A stretch of 40,362 nucleotides of DNA from Anaerolinea sp. Its GTDB lineage: Bacteria; Chloroflexota; Anaerolineae; Anaerolineales; Villigracilaceae. The position numbers were made by a program, and so were the translations under genes. The notes under the pieces are model-generated. The model saw nothing but the letters and a program-made list of their open reading frames with translations. It was not told the origin of the DNA and searched no databases. Below are positions 14,092 through 24,259 of this stretch, in pieces. The DNA lies in the NCBI GenBank assembly GCA_020720965.1, contig DYNS01000001.1, forward strand, positions 1 through 40,362, in the 5' to 3' direction. The stretch's first letter is position 1, and the number at the start of each line of letters is the position of its first letter.

Positions 14092-16524
14092 ATGACAAAA
14101 CTTATCAATCTCAATATCAACAACACCCCCGTCACCGTCCCCGAAGGAACACTCGTGGTGGATGCCGCCAAAAAAATCGGCGTGGACATCCCCGTCTTTT
14201 GCTACCACCCCAAGATGGAGCCGGTTGGCATGTGCCGCCAATGCCTGGTGGAAATCGGCAGACCGATGATAGACCGCGCCACCGGCAAACCCGTCCTTAA
14301 CGAAGACGGCAGCCCCAAACTGCAATTTGGTCCCAAACTGGAAACATCCTGTACCACCCCGGTTTCGGAGGGCATGGCGGTTCTCACCGAAACCGCCAAA
14401 GCCAAAGGCGGGCAAAAAGAAATTATCGAACTCCTGCTCACCTCCCACCCGCTGGATTGCCCCGTTTGCGACAAGGGCGGCGAATGCCCCTTGCAAAACC
14501 TGACGATGGAACATGGCGCGGGCGAAAGCCGCTTCTTGTTTGACGAAAAACACCACGCCGAAAAACACGTCCCCCTCGGCGACTTGATTTTCCTCGACCG
14601 CGAGCGTTGCATCCAATGCGCCCGCTGCATCCGCTTCCAGGACAAAATCGCCGGGGAGCCTGTCCTCGGCTTTTATCAGCGTGGGCGCAACACGGATGTC
14701 GTCACCTACTCCGACCCCGGCTTCGATTCGGTCTTTAGCGGCAACACCACCGACATCTGCCCGGTAGGCGCACTCACCACCGCCGACTTTCGTTTTGGGG
14801 CTCGCCCCTGGGAACTAAAGCACGCCGCCTCGGTTTGCGCTCAATGCCCGGTTGGTTGCAACCTCACTTTTGACGTGCGCCGCGAAGCCAAAACCGGCGG
14901 CGGTTACGTCATCAAACGCGCCATGCCCCGCCAAAACGAGCAGGTGAACGAAATTTGGATGTGCGACAAAGGGCGCTTCAGCGGGTATCAATTTACCGAA
15001 GCGGAAACCCGCCTCCGCCTGACTCCTGTCGAAATGGAATCCGCTCTCAGACGCGCCTCTGATATCTTGGCGCAATCCAAGTCGGAAACTGTCTTCCTGG
15101 CTGGCGGACGACTTGCCAACGAAGACCTCTTCACCCTCAAAAAATTTGCCGCCGCTCTCGGCGCTCAAGCATACCTTTACACTCAGCACGGCGGCGGAGA
15201 GTTCACCACCGCCTACGGGCTGACCTCCGGCTCCAACCTGGGCGACCTGGGCAAAGGTGATGTCATTCTCGTTGTCGCCTCTGACCTGTATAACGAAGCC
15301 CCGCTCTGGCATTTGCGCCTTAAAGCCGCTGCCGGGCGCGGTGCAACCCTCATTGTTGCCAACGCCCGCGCTACCAAACTGGATGAATTCTCCACATTCG
15401 TTGTTCGATATTCGTATGGCGATGAAGTGGAGACGGTGAAGGGCTTGCCCGCAAAGGAAAAAATTGGCGAAGCCCTGAAAAACGCCGCCAACCTGGTCAT
15501 CTTCTACGGTGCGGATGGTTTGGGGCTGGCAGGGACAACCGCCCTGGCGCAAGCCTGCGCCGACCTGGTGAAGGAACGCGCCGGTAAAGCCAATAACGGC
15601 TTGGTGGGCGTTTGGTCCAGCCCCAATCAGCAGGGCGCGCTGGAGATGGGTTTGCGCCCGGCGCAAAACCTGGCTGCCGAACTGCGAGGTAAGACCGTTT
15701 ACCTGCTCGCTGCCGACCTGGCAGGCGATGACCCCGCCCTGGCGCAAGCCCTGAAGGGCGCGAAAGCCGTCATTGTGCAGGATGTTTTGCAGACCGCCAG
15801 TGTTGCTCTGGCGCAGGTCGTTTTGCCCGCCTCGGCATACACCGAGCGCGAAGGGACGTTTACCAACGGCGAGCGCCGTGTTCAACGTTTTTACCCGGCT
15901 GTGCCCAATGTTGCCACCTCCCGCCCGGATTTTTCGCTTCTGGCGGCAGTTGCCAAAGGCTGCGGCGTTGACCTGGAAGGTCGCTCTACCCTGTTGGTGA
16001 TGAATGCGATTGCCGCGCAGGAAAGCGCCTTTGCTGGGCTTTCTTACGCCAAACTGGCAGAGGTTTCGGAGCAGTACCCGCTGATTGGACGCGGGGATTT
16101 GTATTATGGCGGTACAGGCTACGAGAATAAACAAGGCTTGGGCGTTACCTTAGCCCCCGCCGAAGCAGTCACTCCGCTGAACATCCCCTATGCTGCCCTG
16201 CGCCCCAAAGAAGATGAACTGCTCGGCGTGCCGGTGACGAAACTGTACGATGACGGGACGACTCTCGCCCCGGCGAAATTGCTGGCGGCGCATGTAGAAC
16301 GGTATCGCGGCGTTGTGTTGCACCCTGCCACAGCGGAGAAACTTGCCCTGGGCAACGGCGAACAGGCTGAGGTTCGGTTGGGCGGGGCGCGGTATCTTGC
16401 TAAGGCGCTGGTAGATGCCTCCATTTCCACCGGCGTTGTTCTCATCCCCCGCAGTATGGGCATTGCTCTTACAGAACCGGCGGTTGTGCAGGTTTCTGCC
16501 GCCGAGAAAGCGCAGGAGGCATAA
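14092..16524 (+). CDS. nuoG: NADH-quinone oxidoreductase subunit G
   Basis: 810 aa. N-terminal 2Fe-2S CYHPKMEPVGMCRQCLVE, then HPLDCPVCDKGGECPLQ and CIQCARCIRF, with a molybdopterin-like C-terminal part. Confidence 0.97.
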   Translation: MTKLINLNINNTPVTVPEGTLVVDAAKKIGVDIPVFCYHPKMEPVGMCRQCLVEIGRPMIDRATGKPVLNEDGSPKLQFGPKLETSCTTPVSEGMAVLTETAKAKGGQKEIIELLLTSHPLDCPVCDKGGECPLQNLTMEHGAGESRFLFDEKHHAEKHVPLGDLIFLDRERCIQCARCIRFQDKIAGEPVLGFYQRGRNTDVVTYSDPGFDSVFSGNTTDICPVGALTTADFRFGARPWELKHAASVCAQCPVGCNLTFDVRREAKTGGGYVIKRAMPRQNEQVNEIWMCDKGRFSGYQFTEAETRLRLTPVEMESALRRASDILAQSKSETVFLAGGRLANEDLFTLKKFAAALGAQAYLYTQHGGGEFTTAYGLTSGSNLGDLGKGDVILVVASDLYNEAPLWHLRLKAAAGRGATLIVANARATKLDEFSTFVVRYSYGDEVETVKGLPAKEKIGEALKNAANLVIFYGADGLGLAGTTALAQACADLVKERAGKANNGLVGVWSSPNQQGALEMGLRPAQNLAAELRGKTVYLLAADLAGDDPALAQALKGAKAVIVQDVLQTASVALAQVVLPASAYTEREGTFTNGERRVQRFYPAVPNVATSRPDFSLLAAVAKGCGVDLEGRSTLLVMNAIAAQESAFAGLSYAKLAEVSEQYPLIGRGDLYYGGTGYENKQGLGVTLAPAEAVTPLNIPYAALRPKEDELLGVPVTKLYDDGTTLAPAKLLAAHVERYRGVVLHPATAEKLALGNGEQAEVRLGGARYLAKALVDASISTGVVLIPRSMGIALTEPAVVQVSAAEKAQEA

Positions 16525-17670
16525 ATGGATTGGTGGCTTATTGTTGAGTGGTTGATTAAGGCGGTTGTGCTGGTGCTGGTGCTGCTGACTGGCTTTGCCT
16601 ACCTGACCCTGTTTGAGCGCCGTGTACTGGCATTTATGCAGGTTCGCATTGGTCCCAACCGTGCCGGTCCGCAGGGTTTGTTGCAACCGGTTGCGGATGC
16701 GGTCAAACTGATTTTTAAGGAAGAACTCATCCCCGATAAGGTGGAGAGGCTGATATTTATCCTCGCCCCGATTATTACGGTTGTTCCGGCGGTTGTGATT
16801 GCGGCAGTCGTCCCTTGGGGTCCGCCTGTGCCCTTCCCTGTGTTTGGGCGCACCATCACCTTGCAGATGGCGGATATTAGCGTGGGGATTCTGTACATCA
16901 CCGCCATTGCCTCCATCGCCGTGTATGGGATTGTACTGGCGGGTTGGGCATCCAACAACAAGTATGCCATGTTGGGCGGGTTGCGCTCCTCGGCGCAGAT
17001 GATTTCTTACGAATTGGCGCTCACCCTGGCGTTTGGGACTGCTGCCCTGATGGCGGGTTCGCTGCGGGTGATTGACATCGTAGAGGCGCAGAAGGGCGTT
17101 TGGTTTGCGCTCGTGCAACCGGCGACTGCCATCATCTTTTTAGTGGCGACCCTGGCGGAAGTGAACCGCGCTCCCTTTGACATGCCCGAAGCCGAACAGG
17201 AACTGACCGCCGGGTATCACACCGAATACTCTGGCATGAAGTTTGCGCTCTTTTTCATGGCGGAATACATCAAGATGATTGCGATTTCGGCAATTGCGGC
17301 AACCCTGTTCTTTGGCGGCTACCGTGAGTTTTCGTTTTTGCAGAATACCTGGTTTAGCGTTGACCAAAACTGGTGGCTGGGTCCCATTTACCTGTTTCTG
17401 AAGGTGGTTGTCCTGCTCTTCTTTATGGTTTGGGTTCGCGCCACCCTGCCGCGCATTCGCTATGACCGCCTGATGGCATTCGGCTGGAAGGTGATGCTGC
17501 CTCTCGCCCTGATTGAAGTGATGATTACTGGTTTGTTTGTGGTGCTTGGTTTGCCTTGGTATGTCAACACCCTCCTGGCTCTTATTCCGTTTTTGGGGGC
17601 AGTGTACCTGGTGGACCGGGCATTGACGAAGAAAGAAACGTTTGGGAGGTTGTCTCATGGCTCAAAATGA
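16525..17670 (+). CDS. nuoH: NADH-quinone oxidoreductase subunit H
   Basis: 381 aa, polytopic. FERRVLAFMQVRIGPNRAGPQGLLQP and EAEQELTAGYHTEYSG. The ATG directly follows the nuoG stop. Confidence 0.97.
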   Translation: MDWWLIVEWLIKAVVLVLVLLTGFAYLTLFERRVLAFMQVRIGPNRAGPQGLLQPVADAVKLIFKEELIPDKVERLIFILAPIITVVPAVVIAAVVPWGPPVPFPVFGRTITLQMADISVGILYITAIASIAVYGIVLAGWASNNKYAMLGGLRSSAQMISYELALTLAFGTAALMAGSLRVIDIVEAQKGVWFALVQPATAIIFLVATLAEVNRAPFDMPEAEQELTAGYHTEYSGMKFALFFMAEYIKMIAISAIAATLFFGGYREFSFLQNTWFSVDQNWWLGPIYLFLKVVVLLFFMVWVRATLPRIRYDRLMAFGWKVMLPLALIEVMITGLFVVLGLPWYVNTLLALIPFLGAVYLVDRALTKKETFGRLSHGSK

Positions 17671-18220
17671 GAAAAGCCTGCTGGGAAAAGTTCAGGATGC
17701 GTTGCACGGTTCCATGTTATTGGAACTGACCAAAGGTATGATAACAACACTGTACGCCTTTTTCTTTGAAAAGAAGGTGACAGTGCAATACCCGGAGGAA
17801 AAACGCCCTGTTTCTGCCCGCTTTCGCGGCAGGCATGTGTTGAATCGTTACGAAAACGGCTTGGAAAAGTGCATCGGATGCTCACTCTGTGCCGCCGCCT
17901 GCCCGGCAGATGCGATTTTTGTCGAATCGGCAGAAAACACGGATGAGAAGCGTTTTTCCCCCGGTGAGCGTTACGCCAGCACCTACGAAATTAACATGCT
18001 GCGCTGCATCTACTGCGGCTTTTGCGAAGATGCCTGCCCCACCGAGGCAATTACCCTGGGCGACAACTACGAACTCTCCTTTACCGACCGCCGTCAGGCG
18101 CTCTACACCAAAGATATGCTCCTCGTACCGGTTCTCCCCGGCGGGCAGCCCACCCCGCAGGTCACTGCGCCGGGAGAGTTTACCCGCTCTGTTCCGGCAA
18201 TGAAAGACCCGCAGGATTAA
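17657..18220 (+). CDS. nuoI: NADH-quinone oxidoreductase subunit I
   Basis: Two 4Fe-4S motifs, CIGCSLCAAACP and CIYCGFCEDACP. Start MAQNEK at 17657 has GGGAGG 7 nt upstream. The track start is 17642. Confidence 0.95.
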   Translation: MAQNEKSLLGKVQDALHGSMLLELTKGMITTLYAFFFEKKVTVQYPEEKRPVSARFRGRHVLNRYENGLEKCIGCSLCAAACPADAIFVESAENTDEKRFSPGERYASTYEINMLRCIYCGFCEDACPTEAITLGDNYELSFTDRRQALYTKDMLLVPVLPGGQPTPQVTAPGEFTRSVPAMKDPQD

Positions 18221-18233
18221 GCGAGGCGATGCG

Positions 18234-18746
18234 ATGACTTTTGAACTGGTTCTCTTTTTCATCCTTGCCGCCATTGCAGTGGCAACCGCTGTCGGAATGG
18301 TTCTGAGCAAAAATTCCGTCTATGCCGCCCTGTACCTGGTGACGAACTTCATCAGCGTAGCCATTTTTTACCTGCTATTGGATGCGCCCTTCATCTCCCT
18401 GGCGCAGGTGACGGTTTACGCAGGCGCGATTATGGTGCTCTTCCTCTTCGTCATCATGCTCCTCGGCGCAGAAAAAATCGCTCCTGAACTGAATTGGCGC
18501 GATATGGCAATTCCGCTCGTCCTCGCGGCTGCCCTGATGGTGGAAGCAGGCTTGCTCTTCGTTCAGCGTTTCTCCCAACCCTTCACTGCCTCCGCCGATG
18601 GCGCGGCATTCGCCGACCCCATGAGCATGTCCGTTACCCTGTTTGTAGATTACCTCCTCCCCATTCAGGTGACGGGTGTTCTTCTGTTGGTGGCGATGGT
18701 TGGCGCAATTGTCCTCTCGAAACCCGAAAAGAAAGGGCAAGCATGA
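18234..18746 (+). CDS. nuoJ: NADH-quinone oxidoreductase subunit J
   Basis: 170 aa, hydrophobic. [17 protein letters not shown] is typical NuoJ/ND6. Confidence 0.93.
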   Translation: MTFELVLFFILAAIAVATAVGMVLSKNSVYAALYLVTNFISVAIFYLLLDAPFISLAQVTVYAGAIMVLFLFVIMLLGAEKIAPELNWRDMAIPLVLAAALMVEAGLLFVQRFSQPFTASADGAAFADPMSMSVTLFVDYLLPIQVTGVLLLVAMVGAIVLSKPEKKGQA

Positions 18747-19045
18747 TACCGACCCATTTTTACCTGGCGCTTTCCGCCATTCTATTTTCCATTGGCGCTT
18801 TGGGCGTTTTGGTGCGCCGCAACGCCCTGGTCGTCTTCATGTCCATCGAACTGATGCTGAACGCCGCCAACCTGACGATGGTTGCCTTTGCGCGACAGTA
18901 CGGTTTGCAAAGTGGACAAATTTTTGTCTTTTTCGTCATGGCAGTTGCGGCGGCGGAGGTTGCAGTGGGCTTGGCGCTCATCGTCACCATCTACCGCTCC
19001 CGCCAAACCATTGATATTGATGACATGAACCGGTTGAAGGGATAA
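18743..19045 (+). CDS. nuoK: NADH-quinone oxidoreductase subunit K
   Basis: 100 aa from the internal Met of track ORF 18494..19045: [28 protein letters not shown]...[16 protein letters not shown] overlap with the nuoJ stop. Confidence 0.95.
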   Translation: MIPTHFYLALSAILFSIGALGVLVRRNALVVFMSIELMLNAANLTMVAFARQYGLQSGQIFVFFVMAVAAAEVAVGLALIVTIYRSRQTIDIDDMNRLKG

Positions 19046-19049
19046 AGCC

Positions 19050-21164
19050 ATGTTCCTGAGCGAAACAGTTCTCAACCCCATCTTCAGCCTGGCGCCCTGG
19101 ATTGTGTACTTCCCGGTCATTGGCTTATTACTGAACATCATTTTCGGCGGCTGGTTTATGAAGCACACCTGGGGCGAAACTGCCGTTGGCGCAGTTGCCT
19201 CGCTGGCATCCTTCTCCGCCTTTGTCGTTGCTGCGTTGCTGGCAGTAGCCCTCAACGGTCAGCACGGCGAAGCCGCCCTTGCCACAGTCGCCCCTTGGAT
19301 ACACATCGGCACCCTGCATCTGGATTGGGCGTTCCGGGTGGACAGCCTCTCCACGACCATGATGCTGGTCGTCTCCGGCGTAGGAACCCTCATACACATC
19401 TACGCCATCGGCTACATGCACGAAGACGTGCGCTTTAAGCACGACATAGCGCGTTACCGGCGCTTTTTTGTTTTCCTCAACCTCTTCATCGCCGCCATGA
19501 TGATTTTGGTCAGCGGCAATTCCTACATGATGCTCTTTGTTGGCTGGGAAGGCGTGGGTTTAGCCTCCTTTCTGTTGATTGGCTTCTGGTACGACATGGA
19601 CACCCTCGGTCGCCCTTCCTGGGCGAACTCCAACGCCGCCAAAAAAGCCTTCATCACCAACCGCGTAGGCGACTTTGGCTTCCTCCTTGCCGCCATGATG
19701 ATGTTCTGGAAATTTGGCTCCACCGATTTCGACCTGGTCTTTGCCAAAGTGGCAGAAGTTTCCCACCACGAACCCTGGGTCATTCTGTGGATTACCATTT
19801 TCCTGCTCGTGGGCGTTGCCGGTAAATCCGCGCAGATTCCCCTTTACATCTGGCTGCCGGATGCAATGGCAGGTCCCACCCCTGTTTCGGCGCTGATTCA
19901 TGCCGCCACAATGGTCACAGCGGGCGTGTACCTCGTCACCCGCTCCGCCCCCATCTACATGCTCAGCCACGACGCCCAATACATTGTCGCCACTGTCGGC
20001 GCGGTGACGGGGCTTTTCGCCGCCACCATCGCTGTTGGGCAATATGACCTCAAAAAAGTCCTCGCCTACTCCACCATCAGCCAATTAGGCTTCATGGTTG
20101 CGGCGGTGGGCATGGGCGCGTTTGTGGCAGGCATGTTCCACCTCATGACCCACGCCTTCTTCAAGGCGCTTCTCTTCCTTTCCGCCGGTTCCGTCATCCT
20201 CGGCATGGAACGCGGACACCATCACGCCGCCCACCATCACGGCGGACACGGCGACCACCACGAAGTATTCGACCCCGGCGACATGCGTAACATGGGCGGG
20301 CTTCGCAAAACCATGCCGGTCACGTTCTGGCTCTACATCATCGGCACCCTGGCGCTCGCGGGCATTCCGCCCTTTGCCGGGTTCTGGTCCAAAGACGAAA
20401 TTCTGCTGGATGCCTCCCTGCACTTCCCCCATGTGTATTGGATTTTGACCGCAGCCGCCTTTCTTACCGCCTTCTACATGGGCAGACAAATTTGGATGGT
20501 CTTCTTTGGCGCGCCTCGCCACGAAGCCGCCGCCCATGCCCAAGAAAGCCCCCTCATCATCACCCTCCCGCTGATGGCGCTTGCCGCCCTCTCGGTTGTG
20601 GGAGGCTTCTTCAACATCCCCGCCGAAGGCTTTCACCAACTGGGGCATTGGCTCATGCACACCATTGGCGAGATGGAAATTCCGCCCTTTAGCCTGACGG
20701 TTGCGGGCGTTTCCACTGCCTTGGCGCTGGTCGCCATCTTCTTCTCCTGGCTGCTCTACGGGCGGACACCCCTCAAAACCGGCCAACCCGACCCGCTAAA
20801 GAAGCCTCTGGGGCTACTCTTTGTAGGCATGGAAAACAAATGGTTTATAGACGAAGCCTACAAATTCGCCTTCATTGACCGTTACTACGACCTGGCAGAC
20901 TTCCTGGCACAAAAAGTAGATTGGGACTTTTGGCACGAATGGTTCCACAACTCCGTCATTGCCAAAGGATTTGTGGGCTTGGCGCGTTTTCTGGCAGACC
21001 CCATAGACCTGGGTCTGATAGACCGAGTCTCCCACTTGCTCAGCGACCTGGTAAGCGCCTCCGCAGGCGGGTTGCGAAAACTGCAAACCGGCTTTGTTCG
21101 CTCTTATGCCCTTTCTGTTTTGCTGGGCGTTGTCGCCATTTTGGGATATTTGCTTCTCAAGTAA
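19050..21164 (+). CDS. nuoL: NADH-quinone oxidoreductase subunit L
   Basis: 704 aa antiporter-like subunit with a long C-terminal lateral-helix region. WEGVGLASFLLIGFW and AGKSAQIPLYIWLPDAMAGPTPVSALIHAATMV. Confidence 0.97.
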   Translation: MFLSETVLNPIFSLAPWIVYFPVIGLLLNIIFGGWFMKHTWGETAVGAVASLASFSAFVVAALLAVALNGQHGEAALATVAPWIHIGTLHLDWAFRVDSLSTTMMLVVSGVGTLIHIYAIGYMHEDVRFKHDIARYRRFFVFLNLFIAAMMILVSGNSYMMLFVGWEGVGLASFLLIGFWYDMDTLGRPSWANSNAAKKAFITNRVGDFGFLLAAMMMFWKFGSTDFDLVFAKVAEVSHHEPWVILWITIFLLVGVAGKSAQIPLYIWLPDAMAGPTPVSALIHAATMVTAGVYLVTRSAPIYMLSHDAQYIVATVGAVTGLFAATIAVGQYDLKKVLAYSTISQLGFMVAAVGMGAFVAGMFHLMTHAFFKALLFLSAGSVILGMERGHHHAAHHHGGHGDHHEVFDPGDMRNMGGLRKTMPVTFWLYIIGTLALAGIPPFAGFWSKDEILLDASLHFPHVYWILTAAAFLTAFYMGRQIWMVFFGAPRHEAAAHAQESPLIITLPLMALAALSVVGGFFNIPAEGFHQLGHWLMHTIGEMEIPPFSLTVAGVSTALALVAIFFSWLLYGRTPLKTGQPDPLKKPLGLLFVGMENKWFIDEAYKFAFIDRYYDLADFLAQKVDWDFWHEWFHNSVIAKGFVGLARFLADPIDLGLIDRVSHLLSDLVSASAGGLRKLQTGFVRSYALSVLLGVVAILGYLLLK

Positions 21165-21225
21165 TCACTCATCTTCAGTCTCTAATCTCTAACGAATGTC
21201 CCGTATCTCCACCCCGAGGTAGAAC

Positions 21226-22725
21226 ATGAATTTTCTTTTTGAACCCCTTTCTCTCGTGACCTTCTTCCCCCTGCTGGGCGTGCTGGCTCTGCTGTTTCTC
21301 AACAGCGAAGCCAAACCCGCCATCCGCTGGACGGCGCTGGTCTCCTCCCTGCTCACCTTTGCCCTTTCGCTGTGGGTCTTCTTCTTCAGCGGGCAATACA
21401 ACCCCGCAAGCGGAGAACTGCAACTGGTCGCCAAATACGACTGGATTCAGGTCGCAGGCTGGAACATCCGCTACTACCTGGCAGCGGACGGCTTGAGCAT
21501 TCTCCTCATCCTGCTCACCACCTTCCTCACCCCCATCTCCATCCTCTCCACCTGGACGGCGGTGCAGGAGCGGGTAAAGGACTTCATGCTCTTCTTCCTC
21601 CTGCTCGAAGTCGGCATGTTGGGCGTGTTTGTGGCGCAGGATTTATTCCTGTTCTACATCTTTTGGGAATTCACCCTCGTCCCCATGTACTTCCTCATTG
21701 GCATTTGGGGCGGTCCCAACCGGCTCTATGCGGCGGTCAAGTTCTTCCTTTACACCATGGCAGGCTCCATCCTCATGCTGCTCGCCATCCTGTGGATAGG
21801 CATCAACGGCGGCACCTTCTCTGTGCCGGAACTGATTGCTCAGGGGAACATCCCGGCGGATATTCAGATGTGGCTCTTTGTTGCCTTCACCGCCGCCTTC
21901 GCCATCAAAGTCCCCATGTGGCCCCTGCACTCCTGGCTGCCGGATGCTCACGTAGAAGCCCCTACCGCTGGCTCGGTTATCCTTGCGGGCGTTCTGCTCA
22001 AGATGGGTACTTACGGCTTCCTGCGCTTCAACCTGCCTCTCTTCCCCCAAGCCGCCCTGCAAGCCGCCCCGGTGATTGGCTGGCTGGCGGTCATCGGCAT
22101 CCTTTACGGTGCGGCGGTTTCCTACTCGCAAAAAGACGTTAAAAAACTGGTGGCATACTCCTCCGTCAGCCACCTCGGCTTTGTCATGCTTGGCATGTTT
22201 GCCATGAACGAACAGGGCATTACCGGCGCTATTTTGCAGATGGTTAATCACGGTCTCAGCACCGGCGCCCTCTTCTTACTGATAGGGATGATTTACGAAC
22301 AAACCCATACCCGCGAAATTAAAGTGTACGGCGGCTTGTGGAAGATTACCCCGGTCTTCGGCTCGCTCATGCTCATTGCTTCGCTTTCTTCCATGGGCTT
22401 GCCCGGTCTCAATGGCTTCGTAGGCGAGTTTACCATCTTGCTCGGCGCGTTTGGCTCGGCAGCCTATGGCTCTTACTGGTTTGCCATTCTCTCCGCCATC
22501 GGCGTTATCCTCGCCGCCATCTACATCCTGTACATGTTCCAAAAAATGTTCCTCGGACCTGCTGGCGAAATCACCCATCACCACGAACTAAAAGACCTCA
22601 ACTGGCGCGAAATTGTCACCCTGCTGCCCTTGCTGGTTCTCATGTTCTGGATTGGTCTCTTCCCTCAGCCCTTTTTTGACCTGATGGCTCCGGCAGTGCA
22701 AAACCTGCTGACGGTTCTCAAGTAG
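21226..22725 (+). CDS. nuoM: NADH-quinone oxidoreductase subunit M
   Basis: 499 aa. FAIKVPMWPLHSWLPDAHVEAPTAGSVILAGVLLKMGTYG. Confidence 0.97.
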   Translation: MNFLFEPLSLVTFFPLLGVLALLFLNSEAKPAIRWTALVSSLLTFALSLWVFFFSGQYNPASGELQLVAKYDWIQVAGWNIRYYLAADGLSILLILLTTFLTPISILSTWTAVQERVKDFMLFFLLLEVGMLGVFVAQDLFLFYIFWEFTLVPMYFLIGIWGGPNRLYAAVKFFLYTMAGSILMLLAILWIGINGGTFSVPELIAQGNIPADIQMWLFVAFTAAFAIKVPMWPLHSWLPDAHVEAPTAGSVILAGVLLKMGTYGFLRFNLPLFPQAALQAAPVIGWLAVIGILYGAAVSYSQKDVKKLVAYSSVSHLGFVMLGMFAMNEQGITGAILQMVNHGLSTGALFLLIGMIYEQTHTREIKVYGGLWKITPVFGSLMLIASLSSMGLPGLNGFVGEFTILLGAFGSAAYGSYWFAILSAIGVILAAIYILYMFQKMFLGPAGEITHHHELKDLNWREIVTLLPLLVLMFWIGLFPQPFFDLMAPAVQNLLTVLK

Positions 22726-22744
22726 CAACTGCCCTGGAGTGGCT

Positions 22745-24196
22745 ATGACACAACTCGACTTTCTGGTCATCCTGCCGGTTACGTTTTTGGCGCTTTGGGC
22801 GTCCCTGCTCTTGCTGGCAGATGTTCTATTCCTGAAGGGGCAAAAAGCCATCCTGGCGCTCTTGGCGGCAGTGGGCTTGGCAGTCACTTTGGGCTTAACC
22901 CTCACCCAATCCGGCGCTCATTCTGCCTCCGCTTTTGGGGGTATGGTGGTTTTGGACGGCTTTTCCAACTTTTTAGCGGCTCTATTCTCTCTCATCGGTT
23001 TACTGGGTGTAGCGGTAGCCTACGGTTACAACCGCCGCATGGGAATTGAGCGCGGCGAATACTACGCTCTCATCCTGTTCAGCGTCTCTGGCATGATGTT
23101 GATGGCGCAAGCAACCGACCTGCTGATGGTCTTTCTCGCCCTGGAACTGCTCTCCATCCCGCTCTACGTCCTTGCCGCCTTTGCCTACCCCCGCGCCTCC
23201 TCCGAAGAAGCCGGGCTTAAGTACTTCCTCCTGGGCGCATTCGCCACCGGGTTTGTAGTGTACGGCATCGCCCTCACCTTTGGCGCAACCGGAGTCACCT
23301 CCATCCCTGCCATTGCCGCCGCCGTCCAAGCCGGAACTGCCGATACATTCCTCCTCCTCGCAGGTGCAGCTCTCATTCTGGCGGGATTTGGCTTCAAGGT
23401 CGCCACTGTCCCTTTCCACATGTGGACGCCGGATGTCTATCAGGGCGCTCCCACCTCCGTCACTGCCTTTATGGCGGCAGGCGCCAAGGCTGCTGGTTTC
23501 GCCGCTTTGCTGCGCGTCTTCGCGGTCGCCTTCCCCTCCCTCGCAGCGGATGTCGCCCCCGTGCTTTGGGCGCTTTCCGCTCTCTCCATGCTGGCGGGCA
23601 ACGTGGCAGCCATCGCCCAAACTGACGTAAAACGCATGTTGGCATACTCCAGCATCGCCCAAGCGGGCTATATCCTCATGGCATTTGTCCCCTTTGCCAA
23701 CGAAGCAATTCGCCCCTCTTCGGTGGCGGCAGCCCTGTTTTACCTGGTTGCCTACACCTTCACCTCCTTTGGGGCTTGGGGTGTCATCATGTCTCTAGAG
23801 AAAGATAGCGGAGAATCTGCCGCCATTGCGGATTTCGCCGGTTTAGGCAAACATAACCCCGCTTTGGCAGTCGCCATGACCGTTTTCATGCTATCGCTCA
23901 CCGGGCTTCCGCCTACCCTCGGCTTGGTCGGCAAAATGTACCTCTTCCGCGTTGTTGTGGAAGGTGGCTTTTACTGGTTAGCGGTCATTGGGGTTGTCAC
24001 CTCCCTCATCTCGGCGTTTTACTATCTGCGGGTCGTGCAAACGATGTGGATGAAAGACGGCAAGCCCCAGGTGGCAAAAGAAGACTGGCTCAACTTTGCC
24101 ATTGCCTTCTCTGCGTTGGCCACCGTTGTGCTGAGTTTTGTGCCTGCCTCCCTGTTCGACTGGGCGAGCCAGGCGGTTTTCTTTACCGCGAGGTGA
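22745..24196 (+). CDS. nuoN: NADH-quinone oxidoreductase subunit N
   Basis: About 483 aa. GFKVATVPFHMWTPDVYQGAPTSVTAFMAAG. ATG 22745 has GGAG 5 nt upstream. The track start 22739 is a GTG two codons earlier. Confidence 0.95.
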   Translation: MTQLDFLVILPVTFLALWASLLLLADVLFLKGQKAILALLAAVGLAVTLGLTLTQSGAHSASAFGGMVVLDGFSNFLAALFSLIGLLGVAVAYGYNRRMGIERGEYYALILFSVSGMMLMAQATDLLMVFLALELLSIPLYVLAAFAYPRASSEEAGLKYFLLGAFATGFVVYGIALTFGATGVTSIPAIAAAVQAGTADTFLLLAGAALILAGFGFKVATVPFHMWTPDVYQGAPTSVTAFMAAGAKAAGFAALLRVFAVAFPSLAADVAPVLWALSALSMLAGNVAAIAQTDVKRMLAYSSIAQAGYILMAFVPFANEAIRPSSVAAALFYLVAYTFTSFGAWGVIMSLEKDSGESAAIADFAGLGKHNPALAVAMTVFMLSLTGLPPTLGLVGKMYLFRVVVEGGFYWLAVIGVVTSLISAFYYLRVVQTMWMKDGKPQVAKEDWLNFAIAFSALATVVLSFVPASLFDWASQAVFFTAR

Positions 24197-24213
24197 AGCA
24201 TTTCTGGAATTAC

Positions 24214-24247
24214 AAAAGGGCTGCCCCAACTTGGGGCAGCCCTTTTT
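24214..24247. terminator. Bidirectional intrinsic terminator between convergent nuoN and gltD
   Basis: GGGCTGCCCC (24218..24227) and GGGGCAGCCC (24233..24242) flank a 5 nt loop. The hairpin is flanked by AAAA upstream and TTTTT downstream, so it carries a U-tract on both strands. Confidence 0.8.
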
Positions 24248-24259
24248 GTTTGGGCAGGC

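Noticed and set aside
12709-14616. A 635-aa ORF on the minus strand spanning nuoF, the repeat spacer and the start of nuoG.
   Set aside because: It is antisense to two unmistakable complex I genes. Its translation is low-complexity (G/A/V/F/H-rich) with no recognisable motifs. This is a typical shadow ORF in GC-rich DNA.
14815-17118. Long minus-strand ORFs 14815..16134 (439 aa) and 16150..17118 (322 aa).
   Set aside because: They are antisense shadows of nuoG and nuoH, with biased low-complexity composition and no SD or motif support.
21179-21192. The tandem TCTCTAA TCTCTAA in the nuoL-nuoM spacer.
   Set aside because: Only two copies and 14 nt in total, which is too short to distinguish from chance or slippage.
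21372-22142. A 256-aa alternative-frame plus-strand ORF inside nuoM, plus similar in-gene alternative-frame ORFs elsewhere.
   Set aside because: It overlaps a strongly supported nuoM frame. Its translation is Pro/Arg/His/Leu-rich, as expected from frame-shifted reading of GC-rich membrane-protein codons.
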